A stretch of 45,928 nt of DNA from Candidatus Uhrbacteria bacterium (GCA_943359325.1 CALRHD010000006.1:1-45928); one strand, 5' to 3'; numbered from the stretch's first letter, positions 29,348 through 39,529 are shown. Notes: generated by a model not told the origin, from the sequence alone. Translations and numbers: made by a program.

Positions 29348-30795
29348 ACTTTTGGTCGAAGTGTTGGGAACAGAATGACTTCTTTGAGATTTGGTGCTTT
29401 CGTAAGGAATGCGACGAGTCGATCGATGCCGATGCCGACACCGCTTGTTGGTGGCATTGCATGCTCGAGCGCCGAGAGGAATTCCTCATCCATCCACTGC
29501 GCCTCTTCGCTTCCCTTTTCGCGGAGCATCTGCTGTTCATCAAGCCGCGCACGTTGGTCAACGGGATCGATAAGCTCGTGGTAATACGCATTGACAACCT
29601 CTGCACCTTCAACGACCAGCTGCACGCTCGCGCTTTTTGTTGCATCCTCACGCTTTGCCTTCGTAAGCGGCTTAAGCTCTATTGGATAGTCGAAAACCCA
29701 AGTCGGCGCGATAATTTTTTCGCGTGCAGTCGCTTTCCACAGCGCATCATAATACTCACCAATTCCATAGCAGCCCTCAAAGTCAACAGCGACTTTTGCC
29801 TTCTTTGTTGCCGCGATGATTTCTTTTGGCGTACGCACGGTATTGATGTCGACACCACATGCATCGAGAACTGCGTCGCGAAATGTGACACGGGGGAATG
29901 GTGGCGCAAAGGTATCTGTGGCCTCGCCGCCAACGACACGTGCTGCAGTTGCGATGAGTTCTTCAAGAAGGTGAACAAAAGTTTCGACGTCGGTGAACGC
30001 ACTATAAAGCTCGAGCATCGTGAATTCAGGATTATGTGCGTAGTCGATGCCTTCGTTACGAAAGCATCGACCGATTTCAAAAATTTTTTCAAATCCGCCA
30101 ACAACGAGACGTTTGAGGTAAAGTTCGGGAGCGACACGTAAATACAAATCCGCATCGAGTGCATTGTGGTGCGTCACAAATGGTCGCGCACTGGCACCAC
30201 CCGGAATAGGCTGTAAAATTGGCGTTTCAACTTCAAGAAAACCGCGTTCATCGAGAAAATGTCTCATTGCCGCAACAATGCGAGAGCGAAGAATGAGGCG
30301 CTCGCGAACTTCAGGGTTAGCGATGAGATCAAGTTCGCGCTGGCGATAACGCGTTTCAACGTCGGAGAGGCCGTGCCACTTTTCGGGGAGTGGCGAGAGT
30401 GCTTTACTTGCGATGGTCGCCACCGTTGCGAGCACCGACTTTTCACCCTTCTTTGTAGTGAATGCCGTTCCTGTAAACGAGAAAAAATCTCCGACGTCTG
30501 CGTGATCGATAAAAATTTTATACCGCTCCTCACCGACCTCGTCCTCTTTCAGCACTACCTGCATCGTTCCCGAACCGTCCATGACGCGAATGAATGTGAG
30601 GCCGCCCATTTGGCGAAGCGCAAGAATACGCCCGACAACGGTGACGGACTGTGCACTCGCAGACAGTACGTCGAATTGCGAAAGCACGTCGGCGACGGTG
30701 TGCGTACGGTGTGTTTCGGATGGGTAAGGGTCGATTCCGAGTTTATTGAGCGAGGCGAGCCTGTCGCGTCGAACCTTTTCTTCACCTGAAAGCAT
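29344..30795 (-). CDS. lysS: Lysine--tRNA ligase (class II)
   Basis: LPEKWHGL, RYRQRELDL, GGASARPF.THHN, FRNEG, GIGIDRL. Confidence 0.97.
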   Translation of the reverse strand: MLSGEEKVRRDRLASLNKLGIDPYPSETHRTHTVADVLSQFDVLSASAQSVTVVGRILALRQMGGLTFIRVMDGSGTMQVVLKEDEVGEERYKIFIDHADVGDFFSFTGTAFTTKKGEKSVLATVATIASKALSPLPEKWHGLSDVETRYRQRELDLIANPEVRERLILRSRIVAAMRHFLDERGFLEVETPILQPIPGGASARPFVTHHNALDADLYLRVAPELYLKRLVVGGFEKIFEIGRCFRNEGIDYAHNPEFTMLELYSAFTDVETFVHLLEELIATAARVVGGEATDTFAPPFPRVTFRDAVLDACGVDINTVRTPKEIIAATKKAKVAVDFEGCYGIGEYYDALWKATAREKIIAPTWVFDYPIELKPLTKAKREDATKSASVQLVVEGAEVVNAYYHELIDPVDQRARLDEQQMLREKGSEEAQWMDEEFLSALEHAMPPTSGVGIGIDRLVAFLTKAPNLKEVILFPTLRPKV

Positions 30796-30833
30796 AGAAA
30801 ATCACTGAAACACTTCAGGAACAGTTTATCGCA

Positions 30834-31298
30834 TTATTCGATAGCCGTCACTTCATACCCCATAACACCAGACGGAACATTAACGTCGACTTTGTCCCCC
30901 ACCGATTTCCCAACAAATGCGGCACCGAGCGGCGAAACGTTGCTAATCTTCCCCTGCATCGGGTTTGCCTCGTTTTCGCCAACCATTTCGTATCGTTTTT
31001 CAACACCACCTGTTTTTACAGAGAACGTAGAGCCGAGGTTTATTGTTCCGCCTGCCTTGCTTTCAACAATTACCGCACTTGCAAGCATGTGCTGAATGTC
31101 GACGATACGCATTTCGTTCAGCCCTTGTTGATCCTTCGCATCGTGATACTCAAAATTTTCAGAAATATCGCCAAGCTCTTTTGCGTCACCAATTTTTATT
31201 GTTATCTGTGGTCGAATAACCTTAATACGATTCTGCAATTCATCTTTGAGCTGTTGCAAACCTTCGCGTGTAATGTAGGTGACAATTTCGTGTGCCAT
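30834..31298 (-). CDS. greA: Transcription elongation factor GreA
   Basis: ITREG...LK.EL, GDISENFEY..AK, KISNVSPLG. Confidence 0.95.
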   Translation of the reverse strand: MAHEIVTYITREGLQQLKDELQNRIKVIRPQITIKIGDAKELGDISENFEYHDAKDQQGLNEMRIVDIQHMLASAVIVESKAGGTINLGSTFSVKTGGVEKRYEMVGENEANPMQGKISNVSPLGAAFVGKSVGDKVDVNVPSGVMGYEVTAIE

Positions 31299-31311
31299 AT
31301 TGTTTCGAACG

Positions 31312-31340
31312 AAATCCGCCCCGCATTGCGGGACGGTTTT
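31312..31340 (-). terminator. Terminator-like hairpin in the greA leader
   Basis: Minus strand ccgtcccgc-aat-gcggggcgg-atttcgtt. Confidence 0.55.
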
Positions 31341-31357
31341 ATGTATCTGATAGTTTG

Positions 31358-31385
31358 ACTATATCATGAGCGAAAGCCGTGTCAA
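31358..31385 (-). promoter_or_regulatory. Putative sigma70 promoter for greA
   Basis: TTGACA-N16-TATAGT with extended TG. Confidence 0.55.
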
Positions 31386-31397
31386 TGCGGATTCACG

Positions 31398-31536
31398 ATC
31401 GTATTTGTACTCGGGATAGTCTGCTCTTCGCTGCGACCCGCCGGCCGCAGTCCGTACACAAGGCCTCGGCTTACGCCGGCCACGGACTGCGGGTCGGGTC
31501 TCACTCATCGCAAACTATCCCGAGTACAAATACGAT
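31398..31536 (+). repeat. Palindromic element, copy 1
   Basis: 23-bp perfect terminal IR (atcgtatttgtactcgggatagt / actatcccgagtacaaatacgat); core homologous to the reverse complement of 40500-40612. Confidence 0.9.
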
Positions 31537-31538
31537 AT

Positions 31539-33440
31539 TCACTCCTGCGAAAAGTACCACGTCAAAATTTCACGGCTCACGGGAATGGCAAGCGCTTGGT
31601 TTCCGCCATTTTCTATGATGACGGAAATGACGAGCGTCGGATCATCGAATGGGGCGAAGCCCATGAACCATGAATGTGGCGGTGCGCTTTTCGACCATTG
31701 TGCAGTTCCCGTTTTCCCTGCAACAGGTACAGGAACCGACTGCATGGACGTTGCGCTGCCGTTTGTTACTGTCTGGCGCATGGCGTCCCTTACGACGGTG
31801 GTGACGTCGCTCGTGAGTATTATCGATGACTCGGCATCGTCGCCAAGAACAAGGTGCGGAGTGACGAGTGTGCCACCGTTGGCAAACACCGCTGTCGCTC
31901 GCGCAATCTGCACCGGCGTCACCAAAAAATCACCTTGACCGATAGATACGTTATACGTGTCGCCAATATACCACGGCTCGCCCTTTTCCGCTTCCTTCGC
32001 TTCCTTGCTCGGCAAAAAACCGTCGGCCTCGCCAGGAATATCAAGCCCACTTGGCGTACCGAATCCAAACGTCTTTGCCCACGACATTAGCCTGTCGATG
32101 CCGAGCCCCTGAAACGTGTCGTACCCACCGCCGATGGTGTAAAAAAATGTATTCACCGAGTCGGCAATCGCATGGTAGACATTGGTGACGCCATGACCGC
32201 CCGGTCGCCAATCAGGAAAAAATCGGTTGCCAATTTGCAACCCACCCGTTGATAAGAACGATGTCGACGGCGTAATTATTCCCTCCGACAACGCCGCGGC
32301 TGCGTACACAGGTTTTATGGTTGAACCAGATGGATATTTTCCCGCATACGCCCGTGGAAAGAGCGGATCGTTCGGGTCTTCGAGCAACGCCTTGTACGCA
32401 TCCTCACTTATCCCTGCGGCAAATAAATTTGCATCGTAACCAGGCCACGAAACGAGCGCACGAATTTCGCCGTTCCGTGGATCCATCGCCACAACGGCCG
32501 CTCGCGATGCTTCCGTTCCTCTTAACCGACCCGCAAGCACAAATTCGACGTACGCCTGCAGTCGCGCATCTATGCTGAGCGTCAACTGCTCACCGTTTAC
32601 GGGACTTTCCTTTGCAATCGTTCGCAAATAACGGCCGAGAGAGTCGACCTCAATAATTTCTTTTCCGTACGTTCCTCGTAGCAACGATTCATACTCTGCT
32701 TCGATCCCCTGTTTGCCAATGCGTTCGTATGGCATGTAGCCATTTTTTTTCTCACGGGCGTATTCGTCGACGTTAATAACCCCCGTGTAACCAAGTACAT
32801 GTGAAAGCGAAGGAATATTATTTGAAACATATGCACGTCGTTCGTGCAGCACAAGGTCGACCCCCTGGAGCGTATTGTCGATAACGGCAAACGCGAGCGC
32901 ACGTTCGTACGGCACGTCGATAAGAAGTGCGACGTCTCCTGTCGCTTTTGCGTCGTTCACCATCTGCACAAACATCGTTGTGTCACCACCTGTTATTCGT
33001 GCCGCGGTCGTGAGAACAGCTTCCCGTTCAAGGCTTCCCTCTGGCAATTCGGCAATACGAGCAACGAGCGTAAACGACGGCGTATTGTGCGCGAGCACGA
33101 CGCTATGCATATCAGTAATGACACCGCGCTGTGCGGGAAGAATGTGCGTTCGCGTGCGATTTGCATCGGCAAGCAAACGAAAAGAGTTGCCGTGCACAAC
33201 TTGTAGCCAACCTGCACGGAGAAAAAAGAGACCCACGATAAAAAAGAGAAATATTGCACTCCATCGCAAACGCGACCGCGAAACAACATTGCCAACGAAC
33301 GAGCGATTTGGTTGCTCAGCAGCACGCGGACGTCGACTCACGATCTCATACAACGCCGATTCGTCGCGGTGTGTGTACACCGCGCCAAGTTCATCGTGCG
33401 GCATGAGGCCAAACGGATTATCGTGCGCCTGCTGCGACAT
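31539..33440 (-). CDS. mrdA: Penicillin-binding protein 2
   Basis: YPSGSTIK (SxxK), SVN (SxN), KTG; follows mreBCD. Confidence 0.93.
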   Translation of the reverse strand: MSQQAHDNPFGLMPHDELGAVYTHRDESALYEIVSRRPRAAEQPNRSFVGNVVSRSRLRWSAIFLFFIVGLFFLRAGWLQVVHGNSFRLLADANRTRTHILPAQRGVITDMHSVVLAHNTPSFTLVARIAELPEGSLEREAVLTTAARITGGDTTMFVQMVNDAKATGDVALLIDVPYERALAFAVIDNTLQGVDLVLHERRAYVSNNIPSLSHVLGYTGVINVDEYAREKKNGYMPYERIGKQGIEAEYESLLRGTYGKEIIEVDSLGRYLRTIAKESPVNGEQLTLSIDARLQAYVEFVLAGRLRGTEASRAAVVAMDPRNGEIRALVSWPGYDANLFAAGISEDAYKALLEDPNDPLFPRAYAGKYPSGSTIKPVYAAAALSEGIITPSTSFLSTGGLQIGNRFFPDWRPGGHGVTNVYHAIADSVNTFFYTIGGGYDTFQGLGIDRLMSWAKTFGFGTPSGLDIPGEADGFLPSKEAKEAEKGEPWYIGDTYNVSIGQGDFLVTPVQIARATAVFANGGTLVTPHLVLGDDAESSIILTSDVTTVVRDAMRQTVTNGSATSMQSVPVPVAGKTGTAQWSKSAPPHSWFMGFAPFDDPTLVISVIIENGGNQALAIPVSREILTWYFSQE

Positions 33441-33933
33441 AAAAAATTCGTTCAAACCACCTGCGTAATGCAACGGAAAGGATGAATCCTGCGTACAGTC
33501 CTACCAAGAGGAGGATAAACGTAGATTGCGCCTCGTGTGCGCTGAGTCGTACGACATCGTCGCGTCCGAAGAACAACGTCACCGCATTGCCGAGCCATGA
33601 CGTCGCAATAAACACCCCGCCAACAATAGTGCCAAGCCCTAGCAGTGCATATACTGATCGCTTTGCAAACGTGCGCGCGGCAAAAAACGCGCCAACGATC
33701 GCCGCAGCAATGTACGACATGGTGTGCAAAGGCATGTTGTCGCCGTGAAGAAACAGCACGCCCGACAGCAAAAGCCATACAACGCCGTGCGCAATACTCA
33801 CGCGGTGCAACACGATGACGCCGAGAATGAGCATGAGCGGCGTATACGCAAAAGGAGCAGGCAACGACGGAATAAGTGTGACCGCCAAAATGCTGCTGCA
33901 TACAAATCCGAGCGCAAGCCAAATCCCTTCCAT
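33418..33933 (-). CDS. mreD: MreD-like membrane protein
   Basis: About 5 TM segments, 171 aa, between mreC and mrdA (mainly synteny). Confidence 0.6.
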   Translation of the reverse strand: MEGIWLALGFVCSSILAVTLIPSLPAPFAYTPLMLILGVIVLHRVSIAHGVVWLLLSGVLFLHGDNMPLHTMSYIAAAIVGAFFAARTFAKRSVYALLGLGTIVGGVFIATSWLGNAVTLFFGRDDVVRLSAHEAQSTFILLLVGLYAGFILSVALRRWFERIFYVAAGAR

Positions 33934-33936
33934 ATA

Positions 33937-34737
33937 CTAATTTCGTACAACAAGAACATTCGTCCATTCGCGCGCATCAAATAGCGGTTCAACGAGCGCA
34001 TCAAGAAACGGTGCAGTGTCTTGGCGACTGACGCTCGTCACGATGCCGACAACAATATTCGGCGGTAACGCACCGTCGAGCCCCGACGTCGCGACAACGC
34101 TCCCAACATCGATTGTGGTGTCCTCGGGAATATACGCCATGTGCAGCACAGAACCCTCCTGCCCTTCCACAAGCCCAATCGTTCGTGTACGCCCAAGAAT
34201 CGTTGCGGGAATTTTACTTTGTGCGTTGTGGGTGATGCGTATTGTTGATGTAATCGTATTCGCAGTGGCAACAACGCCGAAGAGTTGGCCATCGCCGACA
34301 ACGACCGCACTACCCACTACGATGCCATCGCTTGTGCCTTTGTCGATCACCACAAGCCCCGCCTCGGGGAGCGAACGCTCAATAATTCGTGCGGCAATCA
34401 TGGGATGTGCCGCAATTCTCGTGTAGCCGAGCAGAGCCTCGAGTTCGTCGACATTACGCAATTCTTGTCGCAACAGTGCGTCCTGTGCGGTGACCATTCG
34501 CACTTCATTCGTGCATATATCAAGTTGAGCAGTAAGAGAATCTTCGCTTGTGGTCGCGCGTGCGATGACGCTTCCGACCGCCGTTCCTGCGACAAGGACG
34601 ATGTGCTCACCGTACGCAAACACGCGGCTAACCGGCGGCACCGCACGGAGGAGTGCGTACAGAACGACTACACCAAAAAATATTGCCGCAGAGCGGAGTC
34701 GCTTATCAATTCGTGATGTGCGAAAAAATCTTTTCAT
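33937..34737 (-). CDS. mreC: Rod shape-determining protein MreC
   Basis: TM plus coiled coil, IDKGTSDGI..G, VATSGLDG..P..I.VG. Confidence 0.9.
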   Translation of the reverse strand: MKRFFRTSRIDKRLRSAAIFFGVVVLYALLRAVPPVSRVFAYGEHIVLVAGTAVGSVIARATTSEDSLTAQLDICTNEVRMVTAQDALLRQELRNVDELEALLGYTRIAAHPMIAARIIERSLPEAGLVVIDKGTSDGIVVGSAVVVGDGQLFGVVATANTITSTIRITHNAQSKIPATILGRTRTIGLVEGQEGSVLHMAYIPEDTTIDVGSVVATSGLDGALPPNIVVGIVTSVSRQDTAPFLDALVEPLFDAREWTNVLVVRN

Positions 34738-34746
34738 GTCCGAGCG

Positions 34747-35805
34747 TTATCGTGATGAAGAATCTGAACCTGTTGACGGCAATGCAATGTCGCGAAGAAG
34801 CACGTCGTTGACGAGTAACGTTCCTAACCCGCGCACCGTTGCGGTTGTGGGGTCTTCGGCGACACGCACGGGAATATCCGCTTCTTTTGCAATGCTGCGA
34901 TCAAGCCCGCGCAACAATGCACCGCCGCCCGTCAACACAATGCCGCGCTCATAAATATCGGCGACAAGTTCTGGCGGCGTCACTTCTATTGTTGCTTTGA
35001 TATTATCGATAAGTCCGCGCACGGATTTGTACATGGCTTCGCGCACCTGCCCCTCGTTCACAAGCACTTGTCGTGGCAAACCTGTCACGAGGTCGCGACC
35101 GCGCATTTCCATCTCGAGCCGATCGCCCGTATCTGTCGTGCTCCCAATGCGCCACTTCACGGTTTCGGCAACACGTTCGCCGATGAGCAGGTTAAATACG
35201 TCTCGCGCATATTGCATGATATTTTTTGTCATTTCATCGCCCGCGACCGTAAGCGACTTCCATGTGACAATGCCACCGAGGCTAATAACCGCAATTTCGA
35301 CAGTGCCACCTCCAACGTCGACAAGCATATTGCCGATAGACTCTTCAACGGGAAGGCCTGCACCAATTGCTGCAGCAAGAGGTGCTTCAACAAGCGACAC
35401 TTCCCGAGCACCTGCACCAATCGCTGCGTCCTCGACCGCCTTACGTTCGACCTCGGTAATTTCGAGCGGCACGCCCATAACAATGCGCGGTCGCGGCACG
35501 ATTGCAAATCCGCTATCCTCGTGAATAGCGTCAACGAAATACTTTAACATTTTTTCTGTTACCTCAAAGTCGGAAATAACACCTTTTGTGAGTGGCCGTG
35601 TCGTCGTAATATGCGGAGGCGTTTTACCCACCATGTCTTTTGCACTGTGTCCCACAGCAAGAATTTGGTTTGTGCGTGTGTTGACCGCAACAAACGAAGG
35701 CTCGTGCATGACGAGGCCCTTTTCCTTCACAAACAAGCGCGTATTCGACGTACCGAGGTCGATAGCAATGTCGCGAGAAAAACGTCCAAAAAAACGGTTC
35801 AGCAT
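34747..35805 (-). CDS. mreB: Rod shape-determining protein MreB
   Basis: IAIDLGTSNT, EPS.VA, DVGGGT, GIVLTGGGALL. Confidence 0.97.
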   Translation of the reverse strand: MLNRFFGRFSRDIAIDLGTSNTRLFVKEKGLVMHEPSFVAVNTRTNQILAVGHSAKDMVGKTPPHITTTRPLTKGVISDFEVTEKMLKYFVDAIHEDSGFAIVPRPRIVMGVPLEITEVERKAVEDAAIGAGAREVSLVEAPLAAAIGAGLPVEESIGNMLVDVGGGTVEIAVISLGGIVTWKSLTVAGDEMTKNIMQYARDVFNLLIGERVAETVKWRIGSTTDTGDRLEMEMRGRDLVTGLPRQVLVNEGQVREAMYKSVRGLIDNIKATIEVTPPELVADIYERGIVLTGGGALLRGLDRSIAKEADIPVRVAEDPTTATVRGLGTLLVNDVLLRDIALPSTGSDSSSR

Positions 35806-35888
35806 AGGCGGGTATTGGGACTTCATCTTACCCAATCACGCGCTCTCTCGCTACCAAGGTTATGCACCGCGTGAAGACTATGCGAACA

Positions 35889-36266
35889 TCAGCCATTTTT
35901 TCGCATGACAAAGAAAAATTCCACAAGAGTGACAAGTGCGACGAGCAGCAGCGTCGTCCAAATTCGTAAATAGCCGTGCGACGAGAGAAGCAGCGCGACG
36001 AGAACAAGGATAGCGAGAAATGCGCCTTGGCGAAGCGAGCGTGCGACCGCATCACCGACGTCTTCGGTTTTGTTGCGGGCGACACGGTAAAGCGTTCCAA
36101 GAATTGTGAAGAGTCCAACACATGCAGCACCGAGCGTGATGTACAGCGCAAGAAATGCAAAACCGCTCGCCGTGATTGGATCGATCGCAACAATCACAAT
36201 AATTGCCGCAGCAATCGCCGCAACCGTGCCGAACGTCAACGCAAGCAAATACTGTCGCAGTGTCAT
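35889..36266 (-). CDS. Hypothetical 4-TM membrane protein
   Basis: Four hydrophobic helices; SLRQG..L and EFFF motifs. Confidence 0.7.
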   Translation of the reverse strand: MTLRQYLLALTFGTVAAIAAAIIVIVAIDPITASGFAFLALYITLGAACVGLFTILGTLYRVARNKTEDVGDAVARSLRQGAFLAILVLVALLLSSHGYLRIWTTLLLVALVTLVEFFFVMRKNG

Positions 36267-36268
36267 AG

Positions 36269-36303
36269 TACTTGTTACTCGTCTACTTGTTACTCGTTAC
36301 TCC
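36269..36303. repeat. Degenerate heptamer tandem repeat TACTYGT
   Basis: tacttgt tactcgt c tacttgt tactcgt tactcc. Confidence 0.7.
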
Positions 36304-36615
36304 CCCATCATACCACTCATGGGGTGCGATACGGACAACGATATGTGCAAAAGTGTGACTCGGAAACACACCTTCAAGTTCAGCTTTGAGTGACGGCAGA
36401 AGATGCGCCGTATCGAACGACGCTGCCGCATGCTTGCACGCCAAAACCAATTCGTCGTTTTTGTACACAACAGCACGTACGTCTTCCGCCAATGGTCCAA
36501 CCGCCAGCACCATCAAAATTTCATTCGCCTTTGCAACCACAACCGTCGCGGTCACCTGCTTTTTAATGCCATGACGATGCAATGCGCCCTGTAGGAGATG
36601 TGCGAGAGTTTGCAT
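36283..36615 (-). CDS. DciA/DUF721-like protein
   Basis: MQTLAHLL..GIKKQV..V.YKNDEL.L.C...AA pattern; about 110 aa; directly downstream of the helicase. Confidence 0.55.
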   Translation of the reverse strand: MQTLAHLLQGALHRHGIKKQVTATVVVAKANEILMVLAVGPLAEDVRAVVYKNDELVLACKHAAASFDTAHLLPSLKAELEGVFPSHTFAHIVVRIAPHEWYDGGVTSNK

Positions 36616-36616
36616 A

Positions 36617-39529
36617 TTACGCAGCTGAGTGTTCACAAATAGTGTTGAAGTCGCACCATGTGCAGTGGAAGCCGGGAGTTGGCAAAAAATCACTCGACTG
36701 AATTTTCGTCATGAAGTCGAGAATATCGTTGGTGAGACGGTCTTTGTCATCCTCATTGGGTTCGAAGCTTACTGTTGTCCCGGACTCTAAATAATAATAC
36801 GATAATTTTTTTACGACCACCGACTGTGGAAAACACTGTTCAACGGCCATTGCGTATAAGACGAGCTGACGACGGTCATCCCACGAAAGTTTTTCGTCTT
36901 TTGCCTCACCAGTTTTGTAGTCGATGATTTCCAGTCCCCCGTTGATAGCATCAATACGGTCAATACGCCCCTTCACACATACGTCATGAAGTTTCAGTGT
37001 AAAACCTTTTTCCAGATACGCAGGCTGCGGCTTCTCTGCAATGAGTTTTTTGTGAAATGCGCGCATTGCTTCCCTCCCCCGCTCGCGATACTCATTTTTT
37101 GTTACCTCGTCGGGGTACCATTCATCGATCCAGCATTCGTCGAGCATGGAAAGCAAGTCGTTTACAGGAGGAATTTGGGTGTAGGCTGTAGGCTGTAACA
37201 GGTGTTCCATGAATCGCTGGAGCGCATTGTGCATCGACTTTCCGAAACTCATTTGATAGCGACCAAAAACCGGGACGTGTAGAATGTGCGCGTATTTGTA
37301 CTGCAATGGACACTTCGCAAACGCGGTGATTTGCGTGAAGCTAAGTTTTTCAGGTAGAGGGTGAGCCTGTTGCGTATTATTTTTTGTTTGCACATTGCCT
37401 GCGCTCTGCACCAGATCCTTAAGGTCTGAAGTCTTTCGTCCGGAATCTGGAGTCTCAAATCCTATTTCCCGAAGAAACCGCGATGGTTTTTTCTTTCGTG
37501 TGCCACCGTAATCGTCCGCGGAGAGTAGGAACAACCCCTCTTTCGCGCGCGTCATTGCAACGTAAAACAGCCGCCGCTCTTCGCGATGGTGCTCGTCTGA
37601 TGTCCACTCAGAATCCTTCATAAGTCCTGGCGGAAACGTGAGTCCTGCACCGCGGGACTGTGACGGGAATCGCTGCTCAACAAGATTTGCGACAAACACA
37701 TATTTGAACTCGAGCCCCTTTGCGCCGTGAACGGTCATAATACTCACAACGTCTGGGCCGTCCTCAACGTCTTGCGGCAACGAACCACTCTCCCCTGCCG
37801 CACGTTCGTGCTCGAATTCCTGCAGAAACGAATGAAGCGTACGGTCGGTATTCGCATCCGAAAACCTTCGAAGACGGTTCAAAAACGACTGAAGTAATTC
37901 GAATTCGCGACGCTGTTCGCGTTCAGGAAGACGTTGCACGTCGGTAAGGAGACCTGTCTGCTTTACGATGTCTACGAAAAGTTCTTGTACGGGAATACGT
38001 TTTGCCTTTGTACGAAGATCGTCGATAAGGAGGAGAATTTCGTGCACGCATTTTTTGCCCTCCATACTCACGTCATGCAACAATGCTGCTGCTGAGAGCG
38101 CATCGTTCCATGTGAGTCCAGCTTTTTTTGCGTGATGCGCGATAGCGGCGACGTCGCGTTCCGACAACCCAAGACGCGGATGGCTCACGATGCGGTAGAA
38201 CGATGTGCTTTCGTGCGGCTCGTCGATTGCACGCATATATGCGAGGCAGTCGACGATAATCGGTTTGGTGTAGAGGCCGGACAGCGCGAGAAATCGGTAC
38301 GGTATGTCGGCGCGTTCGAGGTCGCGCAGAAACGGGTCGGCGCTGCCGTTCGCACGCACAAGAAGCGCGATGTCGCTCCATGCACAACCGTCGTTTTTGA
38401 GTGCGAGCATTGTGTCGGTTGCGCTCCGCACTTCGTCCTCAAGCGTCGCGGCGTGCATGTGGCGCACAAACCCATCGCCTCCCGTTGCGGCGCGCAGTCG
38501 CTTATCTAGCTGTTCGGTCGCCTCAAGTCGGTGAGGATTATTTTGTTGAATGAGCGTATACGCCTTGTCGAGAATCTCACGGCCACTCCGATAGTTATGC
38601 ACGAGCACAATTTTCGCCGTGTCAGGATAGTCCTCGCGGAAACGAAAAATGTTTGCAAGCGCTGCGCCGCGAAAACGGTAAATGGCTTGGTCGTCGTCAC
38701 CGACAATGGTGATGTTACGATTTTTGGACACGAGAAGTTTGACAAGCTCGTACTGCGCGGTGTTTGTGTCTTGAAACTCGTCGACAACAACATAGCGGAA
38801 ACGGTCGGTGTATTCCTTGAGAACATTTGGTCGATTGCGAAAAAGCTCGAGTGTGTAGGAAATAAGGTCGCCAAAGTCGAGCGCGTTGTTATCGAGCAAC
38901 ACCTGTTGATATGTGCGATATGCATTCGCGAGTTCACGCCATTTTTTACGCTCAAGTGCATTTTCATCAGTCGTGTCAGCTCCGTGCACAAGCGGATCAG
39001 CATCCATGTTGTTCGCCTCGCGCTTCGTCACCGCAGCATCGTAATCATCAGGCGTAATACCTTCGTCTTTCGCCCGTGAAAAATGCCCGAGCATCGTTTC
39101 GATAAATTTCGTGGGGTTGCCGCGCGGTTTGTAATAGTCGAGCGAAAACTTGTCGAGGTTGCGCCTCACAAGCATCCACGCGTCAACGTCGTTCAACAAC
39201 GTAAATCCATGCGGCAGCCCGATGTCGAGACCGTGACTGCGAAGCACGCGCTCGCAAAAACCGTGGAACGTCGAAATCCACAAGTCGAGATAACCAATTG
39301 GAAGAAGTTTGTCGACGCGCTCTTCCATTTCGCCTGCGGCTTTGTCCGTAAACGTTAGCGCAAGAATTTCATCCTGCTTCGCCTTGCCACCTTCGATCAG
39401 CCATGCAATGCGCTTCGTAATGACCGTCGTCTTCCCCGTTCCCGCACCTGCGACAATCATGAGCGGGCCGTCGCCATGCGTCACCGCCGCACGTTGTTCG
39501 TCGTTCAGCCCATCGAGAAGGTTTTCCAT
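36617..39529 (-). CDS. UvrD/PcrA-family helicase fused to a C-terminal PD-(D/E)XK nuclease with Fe-S cysteines
   Basis: AGAGTGKT, VDEFQDTN, GDDDQAIYRFRGA, TVHGAKGLEF, EERRLFYVAMTRAK; then CPLQY, GRIDRID, DYKTG, QL..Y, CTWCDFNTIC. Confidence 0.92.
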   Translation of the reverse strand: MENLLDGLNDEQRAAVTHGDGPLMIVAGAGTGKTTVITKRIAWLIEGGKAKQDEILALTFTDKAAGEMEERVDKLLPIGYLDLWISTFHGFCERVLRSHGLDIGLPHGFTLLNDVDAWMLVRRNLDKFSLDYYKPRGNPTKFIETMLGHFSRAKDEGITPDDYDAAVTKREANNMDADPLVHGADTTDENALERKKWRELANAYRTYQQVLLDNNALDFGDLISYTLELFRNRPNVLKEYTDRFRYVVVDEFQDTNTAQYELVKLLVSKNRNITIVGDDDQAIYRFRGAALANIFRFREDYPDTAKIVLVHNYRSGREILDKAYTLIQQNNPHRLEATEQLDKRLRAATGGDGFVRHMHAATLEDEVRSATDTMLALKNDGCAWSDIALLVRANGSADPFLRDLERADIPYRFLALSGLYTKPIIVDCLAYMRAIDEPHESTSFYRIVSHPRLGLSERDVAAIAHHAKKAGLTWNDALSAAALLHDVSMEGKKCVHEILLLIDDLRTKAKRIPVQELFVDIVKQTGLLTDVQRLPEREQRREFELLQSFLNRLRRFSDANTDRTLHSFLQEFEHERAAGESGSLPQDVEDGPDVVSIMTVHGAKGLEFKYVFVANLVEQRFPSQSRGAGLTFPPGLMKDSEWTSDEHHREERRLFYVAMTRAKEGLFLLSADDYGGTRKKKPSRFLREIGFETPDSGRKTSDLKDLVQSAGNVQTKNNTQQAHPLPEKLSFTQITAFAKCPLQYKYAHILHVPVFGRYQMSFGKSMHNALQRFMEHLLQPTAYTQIPPVNDLLSMLDECWIDEWYPDEVTKNEYRERGREAMRAFHKKLIAEKPQPAYLEKGFTLKLHDVCVKGRIDRIDAINGGLEIIDYKTGEAKDEKLSWDDRRQLVLYAMAVEQCFPQSVVVKKLSYYYLESGTTVSFEPNEDDKDRLTNDILDFMTKIQSSDFLPTPGFHCTWCDFNTICEHSAA

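Noticed and set aside
31379-31618. 79-aa ORF across palindromic element copy 1 (similarly 40380-40643)
   Set aside because: It runs through a GC-rich hairpin and antisense into mrdA; indels between the two copies do not preserve frame
35806-35888. Weak hairpin upstream of mreB (attggg/cccaat)
   Set aside because: Short stem with no other support
36269-36303. Short repeats as a possible CRISPR array
   Set aside because: 7-nt units without spacers; no cas genes. The Cas4-like domain nearby belongs to the helicase fusion
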